NCBI GenBank assembly: GCA_037447435.1
Contig: JBBIGR010000028.1
Location: 1 to 64,000, forward strand
Reading direction: 5' to 3'
Length of the DNA stretch: 64,000 nucleotides
Origin: Fibrobacteria bacterium
GTDB lineage: Bacteria; Fibrobacterota; Chitinivibrionia; Chitinivibrionales; FEN-1185
Positions within the stretch are counted from its first letter, which is position 1. Every line of letters begins with the position of its first letter. Both the position numbers and the translations under genes were made by a program. Below the pieces are notes generated by a model that saw only the letters and a list, made by a program, of their open reading frames with translations, made no database searches and was not told the origin of the DNA. This document shows positions 1 through 9,137 of the stretch, piece after piece.

Positions 1-141
1 GGTTACCTCCGTTTGGGCTAGATAACCGGTTCGATTATTTAAACGGACAAGATCATGACGAAGATATCTCTCAGATGGGCGCGCTATTTAAGTATTAAAG
101 CAAATTAAAATGTATTTTAATATAAAGCCCGGAGGGATGAT

Positions 142-333
142 ATGAAAATGGATAGAACCGACGTCGGATTCACTGACCAGAAAACACTTCAAGATGATGA
201 TGAAAAATATTGGGCGGCCGCACCTATAGAAGAAAAATTGGAAATGATAACATATTTAAGGGAGTGTTTCTATGGCCCAGAAGCGACTACCGGACGACTT
301 CAAAGATTTTTTGAATTTACTGAACAAGAATAA
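142..333 (+). CDS. Small hypothetical protein, likely partner (antitoxin-like) of the downstream nucleotidyltransferase
   Basis: 63 aa with SD GGAGG upstream; the YW...EEKLE..TYLR...RLQR pattern is typical of small genes preceding DUF6036-type NTases; overlaps the next gene. Confidence 0.6.
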   Translation: MKMDRTDVGFTDQKTLQDDDEKYWAAAPIEEKLEMITYLRECFYGPEATTGRLQRFFEFTEQE

Positions 334-754
334 TGTTGAGTATCTTCTTCTTGGAGGTTGGGCTGTCGGAATTTATGGCGCGCCAAGAGCCACAGGCGAT
401 ATGGATGTTTTCATCGCAGTTGACGATGGAAATTTAGATAAATTACTCAAAGCATTATATGACTTTGGTGCACCAACCGTACCAAAAGAACATTTTAAGG
501 AAATTGGCAGAGTTTTTCGCATGGGACGCTCTCCAATTCGGATAGAGATTTTAAACCAAGCCTCAGGTATTGACTTCCAATCCTGTTATACCCGCCGGAA
601 AATAGTCAAAGTTGACGATATAGATATCTCCATAATATCAGAAGATGATTTATTAAAAAATAAATCTGCTTCAGGAAGAGAAAAAGATATTGCAGATTTA
701 AGAAATCTTGAAGGAATTATAAAGCAGCAATCAATCAAGAACAAATCAATCTAA
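272..754 (+). CDS. Nucleotidyltransferase (DUF6036-like, pol-beta superfamily)
   Basis: YLLLGGWAV..YG.PRATGDMDV and K..SGREKD.ADL motifs. Confidence 0.8.
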   Translation: MAQKRLPDDFKDFLNLLNKNNVEYLLLGGWAVGIYGAPRATGDMDVFIAVDDGNLDKLLKALYDFGAPTVPKEHFKEIGRVFRMGRSPIRIEILNQASGIDFQSCYTRRKIVKVDDIDISIISEDDLLKNKSASGREKDIADLRNLEGIIKQQSIKNKSI

Positions 755-816
755 AACTCGCTGTTAATACAAAGTTTAAAATTATCTTCAGTATGATCCC
801 ATTTGCGAATTTATTC

Positions 817-1404
817 TCAAATTCCTCTTCTTCTTATAAAATAATAACTCAATTGAATATTTGCGCTTAAATCGAATTTATTGTTTGCATCATTCGTAAT
901 TGTAAAAGGCCAGAATTCTATACTAAATATTTTTTCTTTATCATTATTTTTTCGAATATACTGAATACAAGGCCCCCCTTTTAAATCCAAATTAAGCGAA
1001 CCATAATAGGAATTTGAATCCGGCTCTATTTTTGTACGTTCATAAGAAATCGGCAAAAACGCGGTAAAACCTATTGCTACATCATAAAAAGGCTGTTGAA
1101 ATGCAATCACATTTAAATTCGCGTATACGTTGCATTCAAAGACCTCCGTTGTTATGAGCGTGTCGTTGCTTCTATATTTGTTGAAGTGAAAATAAAATGG
1201 TAATCCGATATCATTTCCTATCCGTTTATAATAAATTGAATACTCCGGACCAAAGCCTTTTGTACCGCAAGTAAGTCCAAAACCTTTTATCACTTCCGCA
1301 TTTAATGCGTTCGCAACGACAAGCATTATCACTAATGCTTTTATTGTACAGCCACCTGGGATTTTAGGGACCATGATATTCTTACCTTTTCCAAAAAAAG
1401 CCAT
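817..1404 (-). CDS. Hypothetical exported protein (start uncertain)
   Basis: AT-rich ORF with a hydrophobic signal-like segment (ALVIMLVVANALNA) and beta-strand-rich body. Confidence 0.55.
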   Translation of the reverse strand: MAFFGKGKNIMVPKIPGGCTIKALVIMLVVANALNAEVIKGFGLTCGTKGFGPEYSIYYKRIGNDIGLPFYFHFNKYRSNDTLITTEVFECNVYANLNVIAFQQPFYDVAIGFTAFLPISYERTKIEPDSNSYYGSLNLDLKGGPCIQYIRKNNDKEKIFSIEFWPFTITNDANNKFDLSANIQLSYYFIRRRGI

Positions 1405-1503
1405 CCAAATTATCTTAAGTATATTCCAATAGTTGGTTTGTTTGTCTGGCCTTCATTATTTGTCCCCCTGGACTCGTTGCTTTTATCGCCAACCTTATTT
1501 GTC

Positions 1504-2055
1504 TCAAAATATCTCTTCGACGAGTCTTTTAATCACATTTGCAATTTCATCAAGTTTGTCCTTAACTTCGGAATCGTCTTCTCCATATGCTTTTGCCAGT
1601 ATAGTCGTGCTATTTGCCTTGTACAATTTAATTGAAGCTTTTACTTCTACTTTTGTCTTTTTAGGAATAAAAAACATCATCTTAATATCACCGTCCGTGC
1701 CGTTATTTGCCCCGACGGTAGAAGCATCAATTAAAATCGGGACAAGAATACCGTCAATTTGGTATCTATTTACAAACTCTACTAAACCTGTAGTGTCGAC
1801 ATACGACGGGATATTGCTTCCAAAAAAGGAAATTACGGTGTCCGAAGGTATTATGTTAAAAGAGGTCTTCTTTTTAACAATCAAATTTATTTTCTTTTGC
1901 AATTTATCACAATTATCGTACTGGTCGCAATTTAACGGCCATATCGCAATGTTCTTCATTTTTAAATTACCGGGTACTTTAACCACATTACTGGCATCAA
2001 AAGAATATGCAAAAGCACAAAATGAAAATAAAAACAGAAATGATTTGTAATTCAT
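1504..2055 (-). CDS. Hypothetical exported protein
   Basis: SD GGAG before ATG 2055; signal peptide MNYKSFLFLFSFCAFAYS. Confidence 0.65.
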   Translation of the reverse strand: MNYKSFLFLFSFCAFAYSFDASNVVKVPGNLKMKNIAIWPLNCDQYDNCDKLQKKINLIVKKKTSFNIIPSDTVISFFGSNIPSYVDTTGLVEFVNRYQIDGILVPILIDASTVGANNGTDGDIKMMFFIPKKTKVEVKASIKLYKANSTTILAKAYGEDDSEVKDKLDEIANVIKRLVEEIF

Positions 2056-2100
2056 TTTATCTCCATCTATCATGGTAACTTGTGATATTCATTCTCATTG

Positions 2101-2128
2101 GACACAATATAATCATATCATAAATAAA
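2101..2128. repeat. Direct repeat copy A (GACACAATATAATCATATCATAAATAAA)
   Basis: 28 bp identical to 4473-4500. Confidence 0.9.
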
Positions 2129-2236
2129 TTTCAAATCCGAACAAAAAATCTAAGATTTTTTCAGAAACTCATTTAAAAAATTTATATCGGATTTTGAAAT
2201 CGATTTAAATAAAACGGCTTTTCAACTTTCACTTCC

Positions 2237-2299
2237 CTACCTAAAGCTTTCGATCTTCTCTTTGCACTTCTTCTTTGTTAGCTTCTCCAGCTTTTTCAC
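2237..2299 (-). other. Conserved micro-ORF or gene 3' remnant, copy 1 (VKKLEKLTKKKCKEKIESFR)
   Basis: Homologous to 63581-63649 with only synonymous or K/R differences in the aligned part. Confidence 0.5.
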
Positions 2300-2521
2300 C
2301 TTATCGCCCAAACATTTAAAGCCGCTTTACCCATACTACATTAAACTTGCTATTTTCAACTGGAACATCTAATTTATTTAAGGTAACATTATATTCTGAC
2401 CAGGATAATATTTGTAATTTGATTTTGAAACGAAGGAAAATTACACTCCCACCGTAATATTTGATTACAATTTAGGACCAAAGGTTAATTTGGGATGCCG
2501 ATTTTAGAAAGCAGAAAGAAA

Positions 2522-2665
2522 ATGATAAGAAAATGTAAATCAACCGAATTCAATGAAATTCTCGAAATTATTAATGATGCGGCAATTGCGTACAAGGGAA
2601 TTATACCGAGCGATTGCTGGCACGATCCCTATTTCAATGGGGAAGAATTAAAATTGGGGAAATAA
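2522..2665 (+). pseudogene. Truncated GNAT acetyltransferase (N-terminal 47 aa only)
   Basis: Hand translation MIRKCKSTEFNEILEIINDAAIAYKGIIPSDCWHDPYF resembles the N-terminus of a common GNAT family; early stop. Confidence 0.65.
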
Positions 2666-2691
2666 AATTGATGGCCGCTTGCTTTCTATTT

Positions 2692-3054
2692 TCAAATTCC
2701 CACACAAAGGGCAATTGCATCGATGATTGATGTCAATTCTTGAGATGTTACGATTCCTGTTTTTCTATTAAATCGGTCGGTTGAAACCGATTTTACCTGA
2801 AAGCTATCTGCCCCGGAATCCTTGGTGAGACCATTTAATGCGCTCATTTTAAGATAAGTAAACCAAACAGTATGTTTATAATAATCTTTCCAATCCGTTA
2901 TCGGTACAACAATGCGCAGTGGCAATTTGCCGATACTGTTTTCGCTTACAACAACCGCTGGTCTGATTTTGCTTATTTCTGAACCCGTTACTGGATTAAA
3001 ATTCACCATCCATATTTCACCTTTTTTAGATACTGGTGAATTATTTGTAGTCAT
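2692..3054 (-). CDS. PemK/MazF family endoribonuclease toxin
   Basis: KKGEIWMVNFNPVTGSEISKIRPAVVVS, RIVVPIT and QVKSVS.DRF motifs. Confidence 0.93.
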   Translation of the reverse strand: MTTNNSPVSKKGEIWMVNFNPVTGSEISKIRPAVVVSENSIGKLPLRIVVPITDWKDYYKHTVWFTYLKMSALNGLTKDSGADSFQVKSVSTDRFNRKTGIVTSQELTSIIDAIALCVGI

Positions 3055-4240
3055 GGAAATCGTCCTCTTGGAAACCAGTCAGCGATTTATCGTCTGCATA
3101 CCATTCTGCAGCTTGCTCTGCTGATTTTGCCAATTCCTTGGCACGTTCGCTTATAGACATTTTCCTTAATCGCTCAGGTTTAGATGTTTTTATAAAACCT
3201 TCATATTCTAAAATCTTTTCAAATATCGGGAACAATTCCAAGGCTCGTTGGGTCGTCAGCACATTTTCAGCAACTAAATGTAAAACTGTTTGCTGTAACC
3301 TCGTGGGCGTTTCATTGCCTTTATAAACTGGCGGTTCTTCTTTTCTCCAGCCCCTTTTACTAATAATTTTGATTAATAGTTCATAAAGTGGCTTGGAAAT
3401 TATTTCGTGAGCATATGCACTATAGGCCCATGCACAAACACTCATACCATATTTTTCTTTTAATAGGAGTAATTCTGCCAAAGTAACATTCCGGCGGTTA
3501 TGGCCAAGTTCTCTTTTGACAACTACCGGCGGTACAAGAAAAGAAGAAGCAAACCGGTGCGCTATCTTCTCTTCGATTTTAGTATCGCCTACTTGGGACG
3601 TATCCATAAGTACATGGCCGAGTTCATGCGCAAGATCAAATCGTAATCGATCAACCGGTACATTGCTATTAACAATGAGCATTGGAAATTTATTATTAAC
3701 CAATGCGGACAAACCGTCAAATGCAGCGGTAGGGATTTTATCATAATGAATGAGCATTATACCGTGATTTTCAAGGCATTGGGTAATGCTCTCAATTGCA
3801 TCCAGTCCTAATTTCCACTGAACCCTTAATTGCTCGGCAACACCATCGGCATCTTTAAATGTTTTAACAACCTTACGCTTTGGGACATCTGCTTTTAAAG
3901 AAGGAACAATGTTATATATTTTCATTAACCTATCGGCATTATGTTCTGCAAATGCTTCAATTTCCAGGCGTTCTCTTTTTCCCAATTTTGAGGCCGAAGC
4001 TCTATATGAATACCAATTAATTTGTATCGCCGTTTCTTCTTTAAAAAAGGAGGAGGCAGGGATAGCATAAATACGAGCCAATTCTCGTACTGTTGATGCC
4101 CCGGGAGTACGTTTGCCGTTTTCATAATATGACAATGCGGCTTTTGTAATATCTAACCCATTCTCACGAAGACGATCGATAATTTGGTCTTGAGAAAAAC
4201 CTGCAGCAAGCCTGGCTGATTTCAGTTTTTTATCGAGCAT
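3041..4240 (-). CDS. XRE-family HTH fused to ImmA/IrrE zinc metallopeptidase, with extra acidic C-terminal tail
   Basis: N-terminal HTH (LSYYENGKRTP); RFDLAHELGH HEXXH motif; EE.IAHRFASSFLVP; SD GAGGA favours ATG 4240 or 4246. Confidence 0.9.
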   Translation of the reverse strand: MLDKKLKSARLAAGFSQDQIIDRLRENGLDITKAALSYYENGKRTPGASTVRELARIYAIPASSFFKEETAIQINWYSYRASASKLGKRERLEIEAFAEHNADRLMKIYNIVPSLKADVPKRKVVKTFKDADGVAEQLRVQWKLGLDAIESITQCLENHGIMLIHYDKIPTAAFDGLSALVNNKFPMLIVNSNVPVDRLRFDLAHELGHVLMDTSQVGDTKIEEKIAHRFASSFLVPPVVVKRELGHNRRNVTLAELLLLKEKYGMSVCAWAYSAYAHEIISKPLYELLIKIISKRGWRKEEPPVYKGNETPTRLQQTVLHLVAENVLTTQRALELFPIFEKILEYEGFIKTSKPERLRKMSISERAKELAKSAEQAAEWYADDKSLTGFQEDDFHDYK

Positions 4241-4472
4241 TATCATATTCCTCAAAGTGTTAATAAAATAGCATTATAAACTAATTAATGTTAACACCGG
4301 AGATCAATAAAAGACAGGGGCTTTCGTAAGTCAGCCTTGGTACTGAATGTTTTAACTCTCCTTGTTAGCGTTGCAATGGCCTATAAAATGACATCGGGAA
4401 TGAATAAAGAAAGGACATCTGCGTTGCGGAAATGTTATTGATTCGGTCTGCATTTTCGATTGATACGTTTTA

Positions 4473-4522
4473 GACACAATATAATCATATCATAAATAAA
4501 GAAGGCTTTCCAGATACAAAAA
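4473..4522. repeat. Direct repeat copy B
   Basis: Left 28 bp identical to copy A; 4479-4522 matches 5232-5275 at 41/44. Confidence 0.9.
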
Positions 4523-4532
4523 TAAATCAATA

Positions 4533-5153
4533 CTATTGAATTGTATAAATGAATTTATAAGTACAGTACCTTATGGAATCAGTAGCACTGTCAGGATGAC
4601 ATATAGTATTGGGCATAATCATGCAATCGAAGTTTCCTTCATAACCTTGCCTGCTCGCAAGATTTTGGAATTCCCCGCCATCCCACACGCTGTCGCCCTT
4701 AGAAAATGTCCAACTTTCTAGAGAAATATAATCCAACGAAATTGTACTATCTTGATTAAACTGAAACGTTAATTGTGGATCAGGATAAGACGCAGTAAGG
4801 ACTGAATCCCAAACAGAATAAGGTAATGCATCTCGGCTACCGCAAGAGCCCGTCAAGATTAGAGTATCTTTTGTAGCTATTTTTAACAAATTACGGCAAT
4901 CTCCGAAAGAAGCTCCCAATTCCATAAGTTGGTTTGAATCAGTTGTGATCGTTTCCTTGGCAAATCTAGTTTTTTTAATAAAATCAAGCGTAACAGTGTG
5001 GATTTGGGCGCTAGTAATCTTCCAATTGCTTCCTACCAAATCAACCGGGTTATTTTGCCTAGGGGGAGAAAATGGCATCTCGTGTCCTCTACAAGACAAA
5101 AGTAGGCTTATTGTAAAGATTAATACAACCCTATTTAGCAATAAATTATTCAT
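4533..5153 (-). CDS. Hypothetical lipoprotein
   Basis: Lipobox LLLSC; SD AGGTGG; flanked by repeat copies B and C. Confidence 0.7.
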   Translation of the reverse strand: MNNLLLNRVVLIFTISLLLSCRGHEMPFSPPRQNNPVDLVGSNWKITSAQIHTVTLDFIKKTRFAKETITTDSNQLMELGASFGDCRNLLKIATKDTLILTGSCGSRDALPYSVWDSVLTASYPDPQLTFQFNQDSTISLDYISLESWTFSKGDSVWDGGEFQNLASRQGYEGNFDCMIMPNTICHPDSATDSIRYCTYKFIYTIQ

Positions 5154-5231
5154 GATTAAACCACCTATATGGGTTCCTTAAAACAGTTATTAAATAGCAT
5201 AGAAATATGTTATTGAACCTTCTTTATCTTC

Positions 5232-5275
5232 ATATTATCATATCATAAATAAATAAGCCTTTCCAGATACAAAAA
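5232..5275. repeat. Direct repeat copy C
   Basis: ATATTATCATATCATAAATAAATAAGCCTTTCCAGATACAAAAA, 3 mismatches to copy B. Confidence 0.9.
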
Positions 5276-5378
5276 GCAACTCCATAACAATGTCGTATTT
5301 TTTAGGAAGTTCGAAAAGATATTTTAATCGGGTGTGTAATTTGAAAAGATTCACCCTAAGAAATAATGGAGAGAGTTT

Positions 5379-6716
5379 CTAAATCAACCGATCGAGGGTC
5401 CTGACCGTTGATTCTCTTCGAATCAACTCGATGACGCCGTATAATCGCCAGGCGTCGGCATCCGAAATTTCTCTTTGCGCTTGATCGCCGGCAGGCATAC
5501 TATCGTTGAGCAAATACTTCATGGCCGACCGCAGCCATAAGGTCGATTCCCGCAAATATTTTCTGGTAAGCACCGGTATCGCTTGCGCGACGAGTTCGAT
5601 GTCCCATTCTTTGGTACTTTTTTGCATTATTATTTTATTGACCTGATTTCTCAACCAATCTTCGGCGTCGTTATAAATTTTATCGGGGACCGTAATTTCG
5701 TAACGCTCTGCAAACCGCCCCAATGCGTAAAGGGCCTGGCTCGTGGCTCTGATATCTCCGACCGTGTCCGTATGCTCTTCCTGTGCATTTAATTCCCGCG
5801 GCCACGCGCCCGACGGCAGTTGGAATCGAATAAGCTTTTCGATTGCTTTTTTGCAAATGCAATGTGTTTTTGCTACAAGATCGATGTATTCGTCGTTCTT
5901 GTTTTTGTAATTACTTGAATGGAAAGCCCAATGTGCCAGCCCGATAATGGCCAGGGTAGTTGCACGAAGAGAAGGGCAATACGGTCCGGCCGGATTACAA
6001 AACAAATAGGTATCGGGCCACCACTCTTTATTCGCCGGCTGGGCGCCAATGAGAAACCGGATAGGTTCCAATGGAACCTCTCTGGTCATTTTTCCTTCTT
6101 GCCAGGCAAGATGCGAACGGACAAACAGATACATGGCTTGTTCGTTCACCGCGAGCATGAGATTATTCATGTCCTGGAACTGCTCGCCGTTAAAATTGAC
6201 AACGGGAAGGCACCATCCGTAGGATGCCGCTTTATCGTCGAGCCATTCCTGTCCATGGTTCCAAATATCGGCAATTTCCCGGGCCGCCTTTTCATCGTAA
6301 CCGTCGAGAATTCCTTCAAGGTCTTCGCGTATCCGTAAAGAGTAGGTAAATCCTTTTTGGTGTTCGCAAATCGGAAATTTCCACAAAGCCAGCAAACAAA
6401 CGCATTGTCTCCAAAACTTTGACGCGGAACCTTGAATCAAATTATCGAAATTATAAACGTATTTTGACGGCGACTCGATTTTTTTATACGCTTTAAGAAG
6501 CTTATTTTTATATATGTCCCAACTTTTTATCAATATGGCATTCGAATCCCACTCCTTCGAAAGCTTAAGAAAGAAATCAAACAGAATGTCTACTTTCGAT
6601 TCATCGACGCTCGCTTTGATAAGCTCTTTTGCTTCTGTTTCCGAAATGTTTTCACCTAAATATTCCGCAATATTATCGGCCAGCCGCAACTGCTCTATTC
6701 TTTCCATTTTAACCAT
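5379..6716 (-). CDS. Protein with C-terminal prenyltransferase/squalene-cyclase-like (alpha/alpha toroid) repeats
   Basis: QW-like motif LIRFQLPSGAWP plus TSQALYAL, AEDWLRNQ and ATTLAIIGL helices; SD GAGG. Confidence 0.6.
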   Translation of the reverse strand: MVKMERIEQLRLADNIAEYLGENISETEAKELIKASVDESKVDILFDFFLKLSKEWDSNAILIKSWDIYKNKLLKAYKKIESPSKYVYNFDNLIQGSASKFWRQCVCLLALWKFPICEHQKGFTYSLRIREDLEGILDGYDEKAAREIADIWNHGQEWLDDKAASYGWCLPVVNFNGEQFQDMNNLMLAVNEQAMYLFVRSHLAWQEGKMTREVPLEPIRFLIGAQPANKEWWPDTYLFCNPAGPYCPSLRATTLAIIGLAHWAFHSSNYKNKNDEYIDLVAKTHCICKKAIEKLIRFQLPSGAWPRELNAQEEHTDTVGDIRATSQALYALGRFAERYEITVPDKIYNDAEDWLRNQVNKIIMQKSTKEWDIELVAQAIPVLTRKYLRESTLWLRSAMKYLLNDSMPAGDQAQREISDADAWRLYGVIELIRRESTVRTLDRLI

Positions 6717-6766
6717 GTATTACCTCTTTACCATCCCTGAAAAATGAACTTGTTTCGGCAAACCGT

Positions 6767-7510
6767 TTATGGATTTTCGTTGCACAAAATCGAAAGCGCT
6801 TCATTGACCGTTTTCTTTATTTTGTCTTTTTGCGCCAATTCCAGAAGCCAATTCGTATAGAGAAACGTAACATTTGCGGCCAGCCAGCGAAGAATACTCA
6901 TTGCTTCGGCAGGCCTCATAATTTGGATGGGTTTATACCTTCCGCCGAATTTGACCCATGCCGCCGACATGGCGTCTTTCATGATCGACGGTACTTTAAG
7001 CGGACATTCGACATGTTGACTGAAGATCGAACAGGTTCGTTTATCCCTGCACGATACGTCGCCGTTGCCGCTGCCTTTTATATAACAGCAATCGGTTAAT
7101 CCTATATTGTTCAAACGTGAAGTAAGAAAAATAAAGGAATGCTTTTTTTCGATCTCGAAATTGGCATTTTGCAAATCGAGCACCAAGGGGGAAACAAGAA
7201 GAACGTGCGGCTGGTTTTCGTCTTTATCGTCTATCAACTGCGCGATTTGGTTCGAAACGGTGAAATTCACCTCCGGAATGCTATAGCCCAGCATGGTTCC
7301 TAAATCTTCCGGAGAAAATTTCAGCAAATTGTCCTGTATTTTCGCCAGGGTCGCCGGATTTGCGGTTTGGTTTAACAATCCGGTTATTTCCTCATGGAAA
7401 TCCCTGTTTTTCGAATATTCGCCTACGATATTCCAGGCCGCATTTTGACAAAGAAGCAAAGACGCCGTTGCGACATCGAGGCCTGCGTGTATTTTACGCA
7501 CTTTTTTCAT
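6767..7510 (-). CDS. Hypothetical protein with Cys-rich segment
   Basis: 247-aa ORF, SD AAGGA, operonic spacing; CC-x11-C-x5-C-x8-C cluster. Confidence 0.7.
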   Translation of the reverse strand: MKKVRKIHAGLDVATASLLLCQNAAWNIVGEYSKNRDFHEEITGLLNQTANPATLAKIQDNLLKFSPEDLGTMLGYSIPEVNFTVSNQIAQLIDDKDENQPHVLLVSPLVLDLQNANFEIEKKHSFIFLTSRLNNIGLTDCCYIKGSGNGDVSCRDKRTCSIFSQHVECPLKVPSIMKDAMSAAWVKFGGRYKPIQIMRPAEAMSILRWLAANVTFLYTNWLLELAQKDKIKKTVNEALSILCNENP

Positions 7511-7533
7511 TATACGATATTCCTTTTATTTAG

Positions 7534-8835
7534 CTAACCGCTCAGGACCATGTCAAGCGCCGCTTTCCAAGGTTCGCGTACATCTTTTATATCGGCGAAA
7601 ACAGGGTCGGTATTTATCTTATCAAGAAAATGACGAATTGAAATAGTTTTTTCCGTGCTTTCGTACATGATTTCAAAAATGGCTTTTCCGCTGTTGCGTT
7701 TGCTGTTTGTTACAACGCTCTGGAAAATCTGTTCGGAACAGTTTCGAAATAATTCCAATAAAAATAGAATTACAGAAACCGAGGTGGAGTTGCTTGGCCG
7801 ATTATTTTCACATGTCAAATAGTGCAACAGGGTACGATCAAAGGCTTGGAGAATCATTCGGTAGGGAATGGTGGAACCCTTCAAAAGACATACTATCCTG
7901 TCTATTAATTCGTTTGATTCGGGAAATGGGATTGTTACGGGTAATGACCGTTCCAGGTTTTTTTTAATGGAATCGGATTCCAAGACCGGCACCGTGGGAC
8001 CAAAAACAAAATACTTTCGTATAAACTGTTCCACGAATTCGGAAAGTGCCGAGTCGTTAACTTCATTAAAGAGAGTGGAATATCGCGCTCGTATTGCAGT
8101 ACGAAGACAATCAACATTCATTGACAGGAGAAATACGATTGGAGGAGGAAGTTCTTCCTTGGTATGCATTTCTAAAGGCATTCCGATTCCAAATAAAGAC
8201 CGGAGTCCGAGAACGAGATCGAGTGCATTTTCCGGAAAAACCCTATCCAAATCGTCAATAAGCACGATCCAGGGTTTTCGCTTAAATTCTCCGGTTAATT
8301 CCGATACCTGCCATACCATTTTTGCAAATTCGTTTTTCATTGCCTCAACCGGATCCCCGTATTTTGTCCATTCCCCGAGCAGTTCTTCACGTTGTTTTCC
8401 GATTGCATCGAGAATGGAATTTTCGGCAGACAATATTCCGGCATTTTTTCCGCAAAATTTGAACATGATGTCGATTGAACCGGCAATCGTACCGATCACT
8501 TTTGCGCGAAGCTCGGTTGTATCGAATTTTTCTAGGTAGTAAGCCCCCATTTTTACAATTAAGGCATTAACAAGATTTGTTTTATCGGAATCATATTGGC
8601 TGGGAGTAAAAAAGGTTGTCGGCATGCCGTCTTGTGTTGCGCATGCCTGCAATCCGCGGAGCATTCTTGTTTTTCCGGAACCATAATCTCCATGCATGAC
8701 CATTACCAGAGGATAACTATAGAATCCGATGCTATTGATCACGTTTGCATAGAGCGCTTTATAATCATCCGGAATGGGTTTTTCAAAAACAGCATCCCGT
8801 TGCCGATTTAAAATAGCATTATCGGATGTGATCAT
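7534..8835 (-). CDS. KAP family P-loop NTPase
   Basis: Walker A HGDYGSGKT, Walker B IVLIDDLDR, FIRKYF motif; no transmembrane helices evident. Confidence 0.85.
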   Translation of the reverse strand: MITSDNAILNRQRDAVFEKPIPDDYKALYANVINSIGFYSYPLVMVMHGDYGSGKTRMLRGLQACATQDGMPTTFFTPSQYDSDKTNLVNALIVKMGAYYLEKFDTTELRAKVIGTIAGSIDIMFKFCGKNAGILSAENSILDAIGKQREELLGEWTKYGDPVEAMKNEFAKMVWQVSELTGEFKRKPWIVLIDDLDRVFPENALDLVLGLRSLFGIGMPLEMHTKEELPPPIVFLLSMNVDCLRTAIRARYSTLFNEVNDSALSEFVEQFIRKYFVFGPTVPVLESDSIKKNLERSLPVTIPFPESNELIDRIVCLLKGSTIPYRMILQAFDRTLLHYLTCENNRPSNSTSVSVILFLLELFRNCSEQIFQSVVTNSKRNSGKAIFEIMYESTEKTISIRHFLDKINTDPVFADIKDVREPWKAALDMVLSG

Positions 8836-9137
8836 ACCCTGTACCGGGAAACAATGTCATGAAAGTATTAAAAGGCGAATAATTGCCTTTTCAAATTAAG
8901 GATATTCTAATATGCTTCGGACAAACTGGGGAAGATGCCGGTTCACAGATGCGGGATCAAACTTTTCTCGTTTTGAACATTGCCGTTATTTTAAATCAAT
9001 TATGACCGGCGGCTCATTGGAATGACAATGTACTATAATATGGTATATTTGATTTTTTCAAAGCAAACAAATAATTAAAGAATTTTGTTTGGCGAATTTT
9101 GCCCGACAGCAGGAATCCCTCGGCATTCCGCATATTT

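Noticed and set aside
1433..2050. 205-aa plus-strand ORF
   Set aside because: Antisense shadow of the minus-strand gene that has an SD and signal peptide.
4300..4470. Possible riboswitch or sRNA upstream of the XRE-IrrE gene
   Set aside because: No convincing match to riboswitch consensus features by eye.
2101..5275. Direct repeats as CRISPR repeats, Xer dif/pdif sites or integron attC
   Set aside because: Spacing of 0.7-2.3 kb and no cas genes; arms match the XerC/XerD consensus poorly; no attC-type RYYYAAC/GTTRRRY hairpin.
5379..6716. Genuine squalene-hopene cyclase
   Set aside because: Too short, lacks DxDD, and has only one clear QW-like motif.
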